Assembly: GCA_050506795.1 (NCBI GenBank)
Contig: JBJHCF010000001.1
Coordinates: forward strand, 250,886 to 314,885
Direction of reading: 5' to 3'
Length of the DNA: 64,000 nt
DNA from: Opitutia bacterium
GTDB lineage: Bacteria; Verrucomicrobiota; Verrucomicrobiia; Opitutales; T3Sed10-336
Every line of letters begins with the position of its first letter. The stretch's first letter is position 1. Below the pieces are notes generated by a model. The model made no database searches, was not told the DNA's origin, and was given only the letters and a program-made list of their open reading frames with translations. Of the stretch, positions 29,001 through 38,900 are shown one piece after another. The position numbers and the translations under genes are program-made.

Positions 29001-29015
29001 ATCTATCGATAAATA
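29001..29015. promoter_or_regulatory. LacI-type operator candidate, copy 2
   Basis: ATCTATCGATAAATA (reverse complement TATTTATCGATAGAT). Confidence 0.7.
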
Positions 29016-29101
29016 CAAACTTTGAATTGCGGCTACGATAAAAAATTTCGTTCAAAGTCCGAAACGCCAAGGTGAACTCATCACGATCGGAAGATAGTAA
29101 A

Positions 29102-31987
29102 ATGAATTGTATTCGATTTCCCAAATCGGCTGTCATGGCGGTTGGTTTCTCTTTTTTAGCGTCCCAATCCTTTGGTGATGCAATACAGCTCGAGAACGAC
29201 CACCTCCGCGTTTCGTTCGACGAACGTGGACTGCGCGAGATCGTCGACCTGAAGCAGCAGAAGACCGTTGAGTTCGCCGATGATACATTCGACGTCACCA
29301 TCGATGGCCGCACGTTCAGCGGGTCGGCGGTCGAGACCCCGGTGGTGGAGATCGGGGACGAAACCGTCACTTATCGTTTCTCCGATGAATCTATGGAAGT
29401 GGACGTCGTGTACGAGCTGCAACCGGCCTGGCGGTTCTTAAGCAAGCAGCTCGCGGTCTCCGTGCGCGAAAAGCCCGTTTACCGGGTCGATCGCCTGCAA
29501 GCCTTCAGCGCCGAAATGGCGAACCCGGTGGCCGGTGAATACCGGCACTACCAGGGCCGATACGCGGCATTTCTCCGGCTGCAAGGGGAAAACGGAGAGG
29601 AGCCTGCCGCGGGAGTGTTCTTTGCCTACGCAAATCCGTTTATGCAGTGGGAACGGAATGACGGGAAGGTGTCGATGGCCTACATCCCGGATATGGAATG
29701 GCGCGCTGAATACGGTCCCTTCGTGTCGGACCGGGCGCTGATCGGTTTGTATTCGCTGACCGGACACGAGTTTCCGGTGACTACGGTACCGGAATGGCGT
29801 TACGTTCCGGATCCTTCGGCCGCTTTGCGTGACAGCCCGGCAATGGATATTGCCGAAAGCGAGGCAATGACCCGGGCGGTTGAGGCTTTCTTGATGTACG
29901 ATCCCGAGGAAAGTCTTCGGCTGCATGTCGGGTGGACGTTGAACGATTATCAGATCGACGTCGCCGAACCCGAGGGACGCGAGGAATATCGGAGGATTAT
30001 TGACCGGGCGGCGGAGGTTGGCGCTCGGCACATTCTCTATACGCCCGATCACACCGGTCTGAACGATCTTTCCCTGAATCGCGACGCCTGGGGCTGGGAG
30101 AACCTGCTCTGGCTCAATCTCGGCCAGAAGATCCGGCTTGGCGAATGGCTTCCCGGGCGTGACCCGCTCCCCGAGGACGTGCTGGAAATGATCGAGTACG
30201 CGGCTTCGAAGGATATCGGGCTGCTCGCCTACGTATACCCGACCATGCCCTGGATGGAGGACCCGGAATGGACCGCATGGATCGACGGGAGCCCCGGCGG
30301 TTACGCGGGGGCGGACACCGGAATCCGCAGTTTCCAGGACTGGTTCGTTGATCTCCTGGTTGAATTCTACGAAGAAACCGGGATTACCGGATATTCGTTC
30401 GACCACTGGTGGGTTCGCTACGACCAGCCCGGCACGACCAGTTTTTACGCGCAGTGGCACGGCACCCGGCGGATTCTCGAGGAGCTTCGCCGCCGTGCTC
30501 CGGATGTGGTGATCGACGGGCGGCAGCAATACCACCAGACCGGCCCCTGGACGTGGCTGGCCGGGTCATTTCCCCATCCGCTGGCCTCCGACGAGCAACC
30601 CCAGAGCTTTCGCGCGTTTCCCGACCTGAGTTGGTCGAGGATATCCGCCAATCGCCAGCGCTTCGCCGCCTGGTGGTTCCACATGCTGCAATTCACTCCG
30701 AACCAGGTGATGCCCGGTTATATGACGCACCAAACGCAACGGTTCGACGGCGAAGGCCACATGCACCGGAGGCGATTCCGGCCCCGCGACTGGGATTACA
30801 CTGGATGGCAGTTTTCCGTTCTGTCCTCAATCGGCACCGCTCCGGTCAATCACGTGATAAACTTTATCCCGGCCCGCGATCCCGACGAGTTTCAGCACTT
30901 TTCGGACAGCGACAAACAGTGGTTTCGTGACTGGTTTGACTGGACCGATCGGAACATGGAGGTACTTCTCAACCTTCGCCCGATCATCGGGCAACCGGCG
31001 ACCGGGCGCGTCGACGGCACCGCCGCGATAGTTGAGGACCGTGGATTCATTTTTCTTTTCAATCCGAATTACCGCGCGATGGACGCCACCTTCTCCCTCG
31101 ACCGCTCGATTGGGCTGACGGCGGGAGATGCCTTTCTCTTGCGTGAGCTGTATCCGAAGGAAGGCACGTGGATTGGGGCCGCCGAGCGGGGAATCTGGAG
31201 CTTCGGTGACGAAGTGACCATTGCCATGCACGGAACCGGGGCGCGGGTGTTCGAGTTGGTTCCGTATTCCGGTGAGCAAGAACTTCCGTTGCTGCTGAAC
31301 GTTGCCGGCGACGTGGCATTGCACGATGATCGGCTGATTGTCTCCAACGTTCTGGGCACCGTCGGACACGAGGTCCGGATGTCGGTTCTGGTTCCCGAGG
31401 GGCGCCCGGTCGGCGAACTCTTCGTGAACGGCCGGGAGATCGACTTCCAGAGTAACGGCGATTTAGTGTCGGCGGATCTTCGCTTTGCAGGCGAACGGTT
31501 TGATCAGGCGCAGCAGATCGGAGACTGGGATCCGTCGTTTGCCGGCGGAGATTATACGACGGTGATGAGGATTCCCCAACGCATCTTCGCCCAACTCGAG
31601 CGGAACCGGGAGAACTGGCCGATCCCCTACACCGATGAAGACCTGCTCGCCACCTGGCTCGGACCGCACCGCCTGCTGCTCTACGTTCAGATCGCCGATC
31701 CGCGGCAGGATATGGAGGTTTCAATGCGAATCGACGGCGAAACGGTGGCTTTGCGGCCGGCCTTTTCAAGCGTCTATGCCCAGCCTCCGGGACAAGTGGC
31801 CGACGTGACCGCCCTGACCTTCCTCGGCTATTACGCCGACCTGACTTCGGAGTTGGATGCGGGGCGTGATTACGAGGTGACCGTATCGCTTCCCGAGATG
31901 GAGCCGGGGCGGTTTCAGGGCCTTTTCATTCACAACATCCAACCTGAATACACCGGCGAGTTGGATGCCTCTCCGGGGACGCGTTGA
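29102..31987 (+). CDS. Secreted 961-aa protein, putative glycoside hydrolase (clan-D-like TIM barrel)
   Basis: Signal peptide; N-terminal beta-rich domain; Trp-rich core with YSFDHWW and VVIDGRQ; family not assignable by eye. Confidence 0.55.
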   Translation: MNCIRFPKSAVMAVGFSFLASQSFGDAIQLENDHLRVSFDERGLREIVDLKQQKTVEFADDTFDVTIDGRTFSGSAVETPVVEIGDETVTYRFSDESMEVDVVYELQPAWRFLSKQLAVSVREKPVYRVDRLQAFSAEMANPVAGEYRHYQGRYAAFLRLQGENGEEPAAGVFFAYANPFMQWERNDGKVSMAYIPDMEWRAEYGPFVSDRALIGLYSLTGHEFPVTTVPEWRYVPDPSAALRDSPAMDIAESEAMTRAVEAFLMYDPEESLRLHVGWTLNDYQIDVAEPEGREEYRRIIDRAAEVGARHILYTPDHTGLNDLSLNRDAWGWENLLWLNLGQKIRLGEWLPGRDPLPEDVLEMIEYAASKDIGLLAYVYPTMPWMEDPEWTAWIDGSPGGYAGADTGIRSFQDWFVDLLVEFYEETGITGYSFDHWWVRYDQPGTTSFYAQWHGTRRILEELRRRAPDVVIDGRQQYHQTGPWTWLAGSFPHPLASDEQPQSFRAFPDLSWSRISANRQRFAAWWFHMLQFTPNQVMPGYMTHQTQRFDGEGHMHRRRFRPRDWDYTGWQFSVLSSIGTAPVNHVINFIPARDPDEFQHFSDSDKQWFRDWFDWTDRNMEVLLNLRPIIGQPATGRVDGTAAIVEDRGFIFLFNPNYRAMDATFSLDRSIGLTAGDAFLLRELYPKEGTWIGAAERGIWSFGDEVTIAMHGTGARVFELVPYSGEQELPLLLNVAGDVALHDDRLIVSNVLGTVGHEVRMSVLVPEGRPVGELFVNGREIDFQSNGDLVSADLRFAGERFDQAQQIGDWDPSFAGGDYTTVMRIPQRIFAQLERNRENWPIPYTDEDLLATWLGPHRLLLYVQIADPRQDMEVSMRIDGETVALRPAFSSVYAQPPGQVADVTALTFLGYYADLTSELDAGRDYEVTVSLPEMEPGRFQGLFIHNIQPEYTGELDASPGTR

Positions 31988-32100
31988 TATTCCGGTTTCT
32001 GGAGCGGATCCGATCGATTTTTCCAATAGAGGTATTCAATTCGTCTTAGCGTTTCAAACCTTCAACAGGAATTACTCTTGGAACGGCAAATCAAAGTTTA

Positions 32101-32115
32101 TATTTACCGATAGAT
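32101..32115. promoter_or_regulatory. LacI-type operator candidate, copy 3
   Basis: TATTTACCGATAGAT. Confidence 0.65.
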
Positions 32116-32670
32116 CAACCGTCCCGTCATTCGTTCCGGCAATTCATTATTGGCGCGCTTTCCAGTCTTCCCAACCGCCGCTAAGCACGTAGACATTTCT
32201 CAATCCGACTTCTTCTCGGAGGCGTTGTGCGACCATGAAGGAGCGTCGGGATGAAGCAGAGCCGTACCCGTCGCCCCCAAAATAGGCAATAGCAAGAGGA
32301 TCAGCATTGCCTGCAGCGTTTGCGTGAATGGCCCGGGTTGCCTACGCCGGATTCGTTCATCTGACGGGTCAATATAGTACACTTAAATGAATCGCAGTAG
32401 AATGCAAACTAAACACAAGGGTATGAAACGGATCGATTTTCAATGACCTCCCTTCAGAACGCTTCTCTCGGAAAGGCTGGTGGAGAATTGAGCGGGGAGT
32501 CTGCGCTCGCCTCCTCCAGCAGCACGGAGAATAGTCCGAGAATCGAAACGACAGCGGTCCGGGTGGCGAAGCGCTTACACTCACTTGATTGAACGCCGGA
32601 GCCTTTTCCAGAAGTATCCGTGGCGACAGTTTTTCTCTTACCTCATTGCAGGTTTACAACGGTGCCCCTA

Positions 32671-32685
32671 TATTTGCCGATAGAT
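32671..32685. promoter_or_regulatory. LacI-type operator candidate, copy 4 (autoregulatory position)
   Basis: TATTTGCCGATAGAT overlapping the first ATG of the LacI gene. Confidence 0.7.
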
Positions 32686-33727
32686 GAAAGAAATGCCGGT
32701 CACCCAGAATGAAATCGCACGGGCGGCGGGAGTATCGCAGAACACCGTTTCGCTGGCCCTGCGCGGGGATGCGCGCGTTTCGCCGGCGACGAGAGAGCGA
32801 ATTCGTGATCTTGCGCAACGGATGGGGTACCGGCCGAACCCGCTGGTCTCCGCTTTGATGGCACAAATGAAACGCCGCCGGCCTTCGTATACCAGCACAC
32901 TGGCGATCGTAATGGAGGGGCCCCGTCGAAATGAACTGCCGGGACATCCTTCCCTGCAACGGGCTTTGAGAGGGGCCCGGGAGCGGGCCGCCAGCAGGGG
33001 ATATGAAGTCGAGGTGTTTTGGCTTCAGGATACGCGGATGCCGATTTCCCGGCTCGAATCGATTCTTTGCCACCGCACCATCCATGGAATCATCTGGCAT
33101 CCGCAATTGGAAGCAACAGAGCCTCCGGCCCTGTCATGGAATCAATTCGCGGCTGCGGTCCTGGCGGTGCTGGATCGGCGTTTCGCCGCCTTTCACAGCG
33201 CTTCGGCGCAACCTTTTCGTCATATCGAAACCGCTTTGGAGGAATTGAAGCGACGGGGTTGCCGCCGTCCCGCCCTGGCCATGCCCGGGCGTTATGAATG
33301 GATCATGGACCGACTGTATTCAGGGGCGATGTTGACCTTGCCGAAACGATTGGGTTTTCCTTTGATCCCGCCGTTCTCCGATTCTTCCTGGAGCCGCGAC
33401 AGCTTCCTCCGGTGGCTGGAAAAAAAGAAACCGGATGCCGTTCTCACCCGCTCGCCGGAACTCCTCGACTGGTGTCGCTCGGCGGGCATCCGTGTTCCGG
33501 AGGAGGTCTCCCTGGTACACCTGGGTTGGAACGTACGCCTGCGCGACTGGGCCGGAATCGATTCGGCGGCCGAATCGATCGGCGCCGCGGCGGCCGATTT
33601 AGTGATCGATCAACTGAACGCCAATGAACGCGGAATTCCGCCGGTGCCGAAAATGGTGCTCACCGGCGGTCGCTGGGTGGACGGCGCGACGGTGATAAAA
33701 TCGCCATCAATGATTATCACGGTCTGA
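32684..33727 (+). CDS. LacI-family transcriptional regulator
   Basis: VTQNEIARAAGVSQNTVSLALR; GYRPNPLVSALM; RVPEEVSL. Start may be 32693. Confidence 0.93.
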   Translation: MKEMPVTQNEIARAAGVSQNTVSLALRGDARVSPATRERIRDLAQRMGYRPNPLVSALMAQMKRRRPSYTSTLAIVMEGPRRNELPGHPSLQRALRGARERAASRGYEVEVFWLQDTRMPISRLESILCHRTIHGIIWHPQLEATEPPALSWNQFAAAVLAVLDRRFAAFHSASAQPFRHIETALEELKRRGCRRPALAMPGRYEWIMDRLYSGAMLTLPKRLGFPLIPPFSDSSWSRDSFLRWLEKKKPDAVLTRSPELLDWCRSAGIRVPEEVSLVHLGWNVRLRDWAGIDSAAESIGAAAADLVIDQLNANERGIPPVPKMVLTGGRWVDGATVIKSPSMIITV

Positions 33728-33761
33728 TCAAACTGCTCGTGGCGATGGCCGCGAAGCCGGA

Positions 33762-34574
33762 CTAACGCTGGCAACGCGGGCAATAGTAGGTGGCGCGCTG
33801 GCCGAGGAGGGTGCGACGGATTCCCGTACCGCAGACGGAACAGGGATCATTGGCGCGGTCGTAAACAAGGAGTTGTTGCCGGAAATAGCCCGGCGTTCCG
33901 TCTTCGCGCAAGAAATCGCGCAGTGTCGTGCCGCCCTGACTAATCGAGTGTTCGAGCACGGCTTTTGCGGCGGTCACCAGCTTCGCCAGCCGTGGAACGG
34001 CGATGCGTGAGGAAGGGCGGGCGGGGTGGATTCCGGCGATGAAGAGTGCTTCGCAGGCGTAGATGTTGCCAATGCCGACCACGGTGCGAGCGTCCATGAG
34101 GGTTTCCTTGATGGAACGGCGCCGGCCGGCGCAGGCGGCTCTGAGGCGATCGGCATCGAAAGCACCATCGAGGGGCTCGGGCCCGAGGTCGCGCAGCAAA
34201 GAGTGCTCGGAGGGATCGGCGGCGGTCCAGAGCCAACACCCGAACCGGCGTGGATCGTGATAGCGAAGGTGCCGTCCGTCGTCCAGGGCCAGTGCAAGAT
34301 GGTCGTGCGTGCGCCAGGATGCGGAGGCGGCGCACAGGCGCAAGCTACCCGACATGCCGAGATGCACGAGGGCCGTGCCGGAATCGAAGCCGATCAAGAG
34401 GTATTTGGCCCGCCTCCGGACCGTCCCCACCTTTTGTCCTGGCAGGGAGGCGAGCTCGGCATCCACCGGCCAGCGCAACCGGGGTTGGCGGACGATCCAT
34501 TCGGTGACGCGTCGTCCGCACAGGTGCGGCCGTATTCCCCGGCAAGTGGTTTCCACTTCTGGCAGTTCAGGCAT
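33762..34574 (-). CDS. mutM: Formamidopyrimidine-DNA glycosylase
   Basis: MPELPEVET, HLGMSG, DPRRFG, GIGNIYACE, C-terminal Zn finger CSVC..CPRCQ. Confidence 0.97.
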   Translation of the reverse strand: MPELPEVETTCRGIRPHLCGRRVTEWIVRQPRLRWPVDAELASLPGQKVGTVRRRAKYLLIGFDSGTALVHLGMSGSLRLCAASASWRTHDHLALALDDGRHLRYHDPRRFGCWLWTAADPSEHSLLRDLGPEPLDGAFDADRLRAACAGRRRSIKETLMDARTVVGIGNIYACEALFIAGIHPARPSSRIAVPRLAKLVTAAKAVLEHSISQGGTTLRDFLREDGTPGYFRQQLLVYDRANDPCSVCGTGIRRTLLGQRATYYCPRCQR

Positions 34575-34798
34575 GGCGAGCAATTTCCCCCGTTTCGAAA
34601 CAAGGTTCGGGAAGCTTCTATCAAGAGTCAATGGTTGACGCCTTTTGGTCCATCCAAAGGATTTTAAGCCAACCACCAGATTCTGCCGCCGCGCTGGAGA
34701 AAGCACGCGGGGGAAATCCGGTGGCCAAGACGATCCTCGAGGGAACGAGGGGGGTCGAGGGGAACGACCGGTTTGGCATCATGTAAAGAGGTAGCGTT

Positions 34799-35971
34799 AT
34801 GAAGCTTGGATTCGGATTGTATCGGCATCAGTTGGACGAGGAGCATTTCCGCTTCGCGCGGCAGTGCGGGGCCACGCACCTCGTCGTTCATCTGGTCGAC
34901 TACTTCAACCAGGCCGATTCCGGGAATCCAAACACCACCCAACCCACCGGAGGGCTGGAGGGTTGGGGCCGGGCGGGCGATCCGGAGCGGTTGTGGACGG
35001 AGGAGGAATTGATCTTGTTGCGCCGGCGTGTGGAGAACGCGGGACTCCGGTTGCATGCCATTGAGAACCTGGATCCCGCCCACTGGTACGATGTTCTGCT
35101 GGCCGGCCCCGAACGCGAACGGCAACTGGAGCAGGTCAAAACCATCATTCGCCGCATGGGGCGGGCGGGCATACCGGTGCTTGGCTATAATTTTTCGCTG
35201 GCGGGGGTTTTTGGCCGCGTGACCGGTCCCTTCGCCCGGGGCGGTGCGGAAAGCGTCGGTCTCCAGGGCTTCGTCGATCAGACCCCCGTAAACAAGGGCA
35301 TGGTGTGGAACATGCGGTATGATGAACATACCCCGCCCGGCCACATCGCCCCCTGCACGCACGAGCAGCTCTGGGAACGGGTCGCCTGTTTTCTGGAGGC
35401 CGTGCTGCCGGCGGCGGAGGAAGCGGGGGTTGTGCTGGCGGCGCATCCCGACGATCCCCCGCTCGAGTGGGTGCGCTCGACGCCGCGCCTGGTTTACCAA
35501 CCCCATCTTTACCGTAAACTGGCCGATCTCCATCCCAGCCCCGCCAACCGCTTTGAGTATTGCCTGGGCACCCTGGCGGAGATGACGGATGGGGACATAT
35601 ACGAAGCGACGGAGACCTACGCGGCCGAAAACCGGATCGCCTACGTCCATTTTCGGAACGTCCGCGGCAAGGCTCCAAACTACGTGGAAACGTTCATCGA
35701 CGAGGGAGACGTCGATATGCCGCGGTTGCTGGAGATTCTCCACCGGCACCGCTTTGATGGCGTCCTGATCCCGGACCATACGCCGGTAATGTCCTGCCCC
35801 GGCGGATGGTATGCGGGCATGGCTTTTTCCATGGGCTACATGAAGCGGTGCCTGGACGAACTGGAGAAAAGGGATTCCGCCGGCCCGGAGGAGCATTGCC
35901 GCCGCCCGAAAGCTTGTCAGCAAGGCTTTACAGCAGTCTGCTGCCAAAAACGACAGGCAAGCTGGCAATGA
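34799..35971 (+). CDS. uxuA: Mannonate dehydratase-like protein
   Basis: GYNF, AHPDDPP, YCLGT, VHFRNV, ETFIDEGDVDM, PDHTP, GYMK. Confidence 0.85.
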   Translation: MKLGFGLYRHQLDEEHFRFARQCGATHLVVHLVDYFNQADSGNPNTTQPTGGLEGWGRAGDPERLWTEEELILLRRRVENAGLRLHAIENLDPAHWYDVLLAGPERERQLEQVKTIIRRMGRAGIPVLGYNFSLAGVFGRVTGPFARGGAESVGLQGFVDQTPVNKGMVWNMRYDEHTPPGHIAPCTHEQLWERVACFLEAVLPAAEEAGVVLAAHPDDPPLEWVRSTPRLVYQPHLYRKLADLHPSPANRFEYCLGTLAEMTDGDIYEATETYAAENRIAYVHFRNVRGKAPNYVETFIDEGDVDMPRLLEILHRHRFDGVLIPDHTPVMSCPGGWYAGMAFSMGYMKRCLDELEKRDSAGPEEHCRRPKACQQGFTAVCCQKRQASWQ

Positions 35972-35978
35972 ATACTGA

Positions 35979-38900
35979 TTAATCTCCATTCACCTCCTTG
36001 TAGATGGCAAAATGTTCGACCATCCCGACAAAATGGTTCCTAAACTCGCGACAGGTGGCCATTGTGTTCTGGAATCCGCCGGAATTGACGATAAAAGGAC
36101 GCATGCTCATCGACTCGTGGCTTCCAGCCAGTTCGCCGTTCACGTAGAGTCTTCCGCCAGAATCGGATATCGTCACCGTGACTTCAACCCACTCACCGGC
36201 TTCAAGGGCATGGGTTTCGATGGTGTAAGCCTCTTCATTGACTTCCATCACAAGCGTTGCTTTTCCTTCCTCGTTGGACGGTGTCAGCGAGATACTTGTT
36301 CCGTTGCCGTTGACGAAGTCGAAAATGCGTTGTCCGGCTTCACCGCCAGCCCAATTCAATCCGATTTCAACCTTCAATTCGCTATGGTCGGTGACGTCGG
36401 GCTGCAGTTCGACGAACTGGTTGCGGCCGTTGAAAATCATGGCATTGCCTCCAATTTGCCGCTGACCGTCCGGGAATCTGGGATCGTCAAGCAGTGCCTG
36501 TAGCTGAGGGCCGGGAACGTCGAACCATACCCGTCTCCGCGCCTGTCCGCGTTCACCGTCCGGTGTCAGCGACAGCACTTCACCTTCAACCATGACCCGC
36601 TCTCCGTCGCCGATCGAGTAGGCGACCTGCAGATGATCATGGCCACCGCCTTCTTTATGCAAAGCCCGCATGTAATAACTTTTGCCTTCTTCCAGTAATA
36701 TTTGCTTTGAACGTTGTCCTGACTGGGCATCCCAGACATTCAACGCAGTGTAAGGCACAACAACGGCGACACGCTCGAAAGACTCCGGATCTTCCGGGTC
36801 TTTGCTAAGCCACAGCTCCCCGGAGTCGTCGCAGCAGAGCCAGAAGGTGTATTCACCTGTTTCAGGAGGGTGGAACCAGGCAGTTACCTTCTGTCCATAG
36901 TTGTCTGCGAAGTTGATGGGCGGATTCATCGTATCAATGACATGATCAATGTCCACTGCCGGTTCATAACGTATACGCTCGGGAACTTCGATCACTTCAG
37001 CGCCGCCATGGAGATAGCCCCAGGTCAGGCCGTGGTCATCCAGCACAAGTGTGGGATGCGGATTATCGAAGTTGTAACGCAGATACAAGCCGTTGAAACA
37101 CTCGCCGGTTTCGCCGGGATTCTGTCCGGCACCCCAGCTCCAGCTAAGCCAGCGCCCGCCCTCGATGAGTTCATTGCCTTTGGCGAAGTTGCCGTCCATC
37201 AGTGCCGTGCCCCTCGCCACGCCGCCGTACTGTATGGCCATTCCTTTCAAGGTCACGCGCCCTTCGGTGGTGTTGCCGCTCTCAAGGATGGCGTGTTCCG
37301 CCAGCTTGGCATGACCGCCAAGCGTCGATCCCCGCGAGACCCAACCGAAATCGCGTACCCGCGCGTAGTCCTTCACGGTGGAGTTCTGGTTCACCAGCCC
37401 GTAACCGCTGATTATCGCGTTGTCGTGCACATGGCCGTTGTCGATCACGGCATAGTCCTCAATGCGGGCGTTGCCGCTCACCGTTGAATTGCCCACCACC
37501 CAGGCGTTGGGACCGATGTATGCCGTTTCCGCCACCGTGGCGGATGCTTCAACAAAACCACCGCCGTTCGCATGCGGCGCACCCTGACGACCGGCAAACT
37601 TCTCCTCGTAATACTCAATGGCCATGTTACGCGGCGTGGCTCCGTCGAGCCGAACCCGGTAGGGGAACTGCTGCTTGGCGAATGAGCGCACATCGCCGAC
37701 CATGTTGATGGGCATCACCTTCGTGGGAATGGCCGCCACAACCAGATACAATTCCTGGTCGCCGGGTTCCATTGCCATTGATACCGGACCGGAGGTCGAA
37801 CGGATATCGCCGTAGCGCGGTGCGCCATCTGCGGCCACAACCACAAGCCCGTAATGCCAGTCCGATCCGCGCTCCGGATTAACGTAGCCGGCCAAGTCAA
37901 CCGTCACTTCATCGCCGTCCCAATGCAAGGGTACCAGATTCCATCCGGTCTGCTGCGGAGCCTGGTTCTTCATCGGGCGGTACCAACCGGGCATGTAGGA
38001 GATCTCGCGCAGCATGATCCGGCCATGCCGCACGATCTGCTCCATGTTGTTGCGGATCTGGTCGCGGAAATGCTCTTCGCGCCTAGGTTCATCCGGTATC
38101 ACCGGCGGATGAATGATGTAATCCCAGGTGACGTTGCGCTGGACCATGCGGGCCCATTCGTATCCCAGCGAGGTCTCCGGGTCCGGATTGAAACGCTTGA
38201 AGGTGATCCAGGGGTAGGCGTCGGATTCACCACTGTACCACATCTTGGAAATGAACATCGGCGTGTACTGCTCTGTATGCGCCAGATGCCGCATCATCAG
38301 TTGCGCATCATAATAGGAGCGCCCCGTGGCCTCGAAGAGCGCCTGATCGCGGGTCTCCACCCAGGCGGTGCCCGACTGCCAGACGCCCACCCAGGTTTGC
38401 GGGAAGTTGGCGTGCACCTCCCAGTAGTTGCCCTGCATGCCGCCACCGGTCTGCCCCTGCGCCCCGTGCACCAGCTCGTGCGGGTTCATGTGGCCCGGAC
38501 CCTGCATCGGGTAGCCAAAACCCAGCTCCCCCTGCCAGCCCATCCAGCTGGCGCCGTCGGTGGGCGCGATGTGGATCAGGTATTTCACGCCGTCGCCACG
38601 GTATTGCGCCTTGGAACTGACGATCGGCATGCGTAATGCGTGAATCTCGGAATAGGCATGGTAGCAGTACTCTGACAGCGTCAGCATCCGTGGCACGCGC
38701 TCGTGGTCGCGACGCTGGTGTTCATTAAATGCCTCAATGCGGCTGTTGGGGATGCGGTAACGGAAATGGGTGGATGTGGCCTCGAAGTAATCATCCGGAT
38801 CGGCGTCGCTCCAGGTATCATAGTAATAGCCCTGCTCCGGATTGGCGTTGGGATCGATGTTGGGTACGAGCGTCGTCCCCAGCATCACCCCGCCACGGGC

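Noticed and set aside
32120..32650. Short ORFs with signal-peptide-like stretches between the secreted enzyme and LacI
   Set aside because: Possibly decayed gene starts, but no family can be recognised
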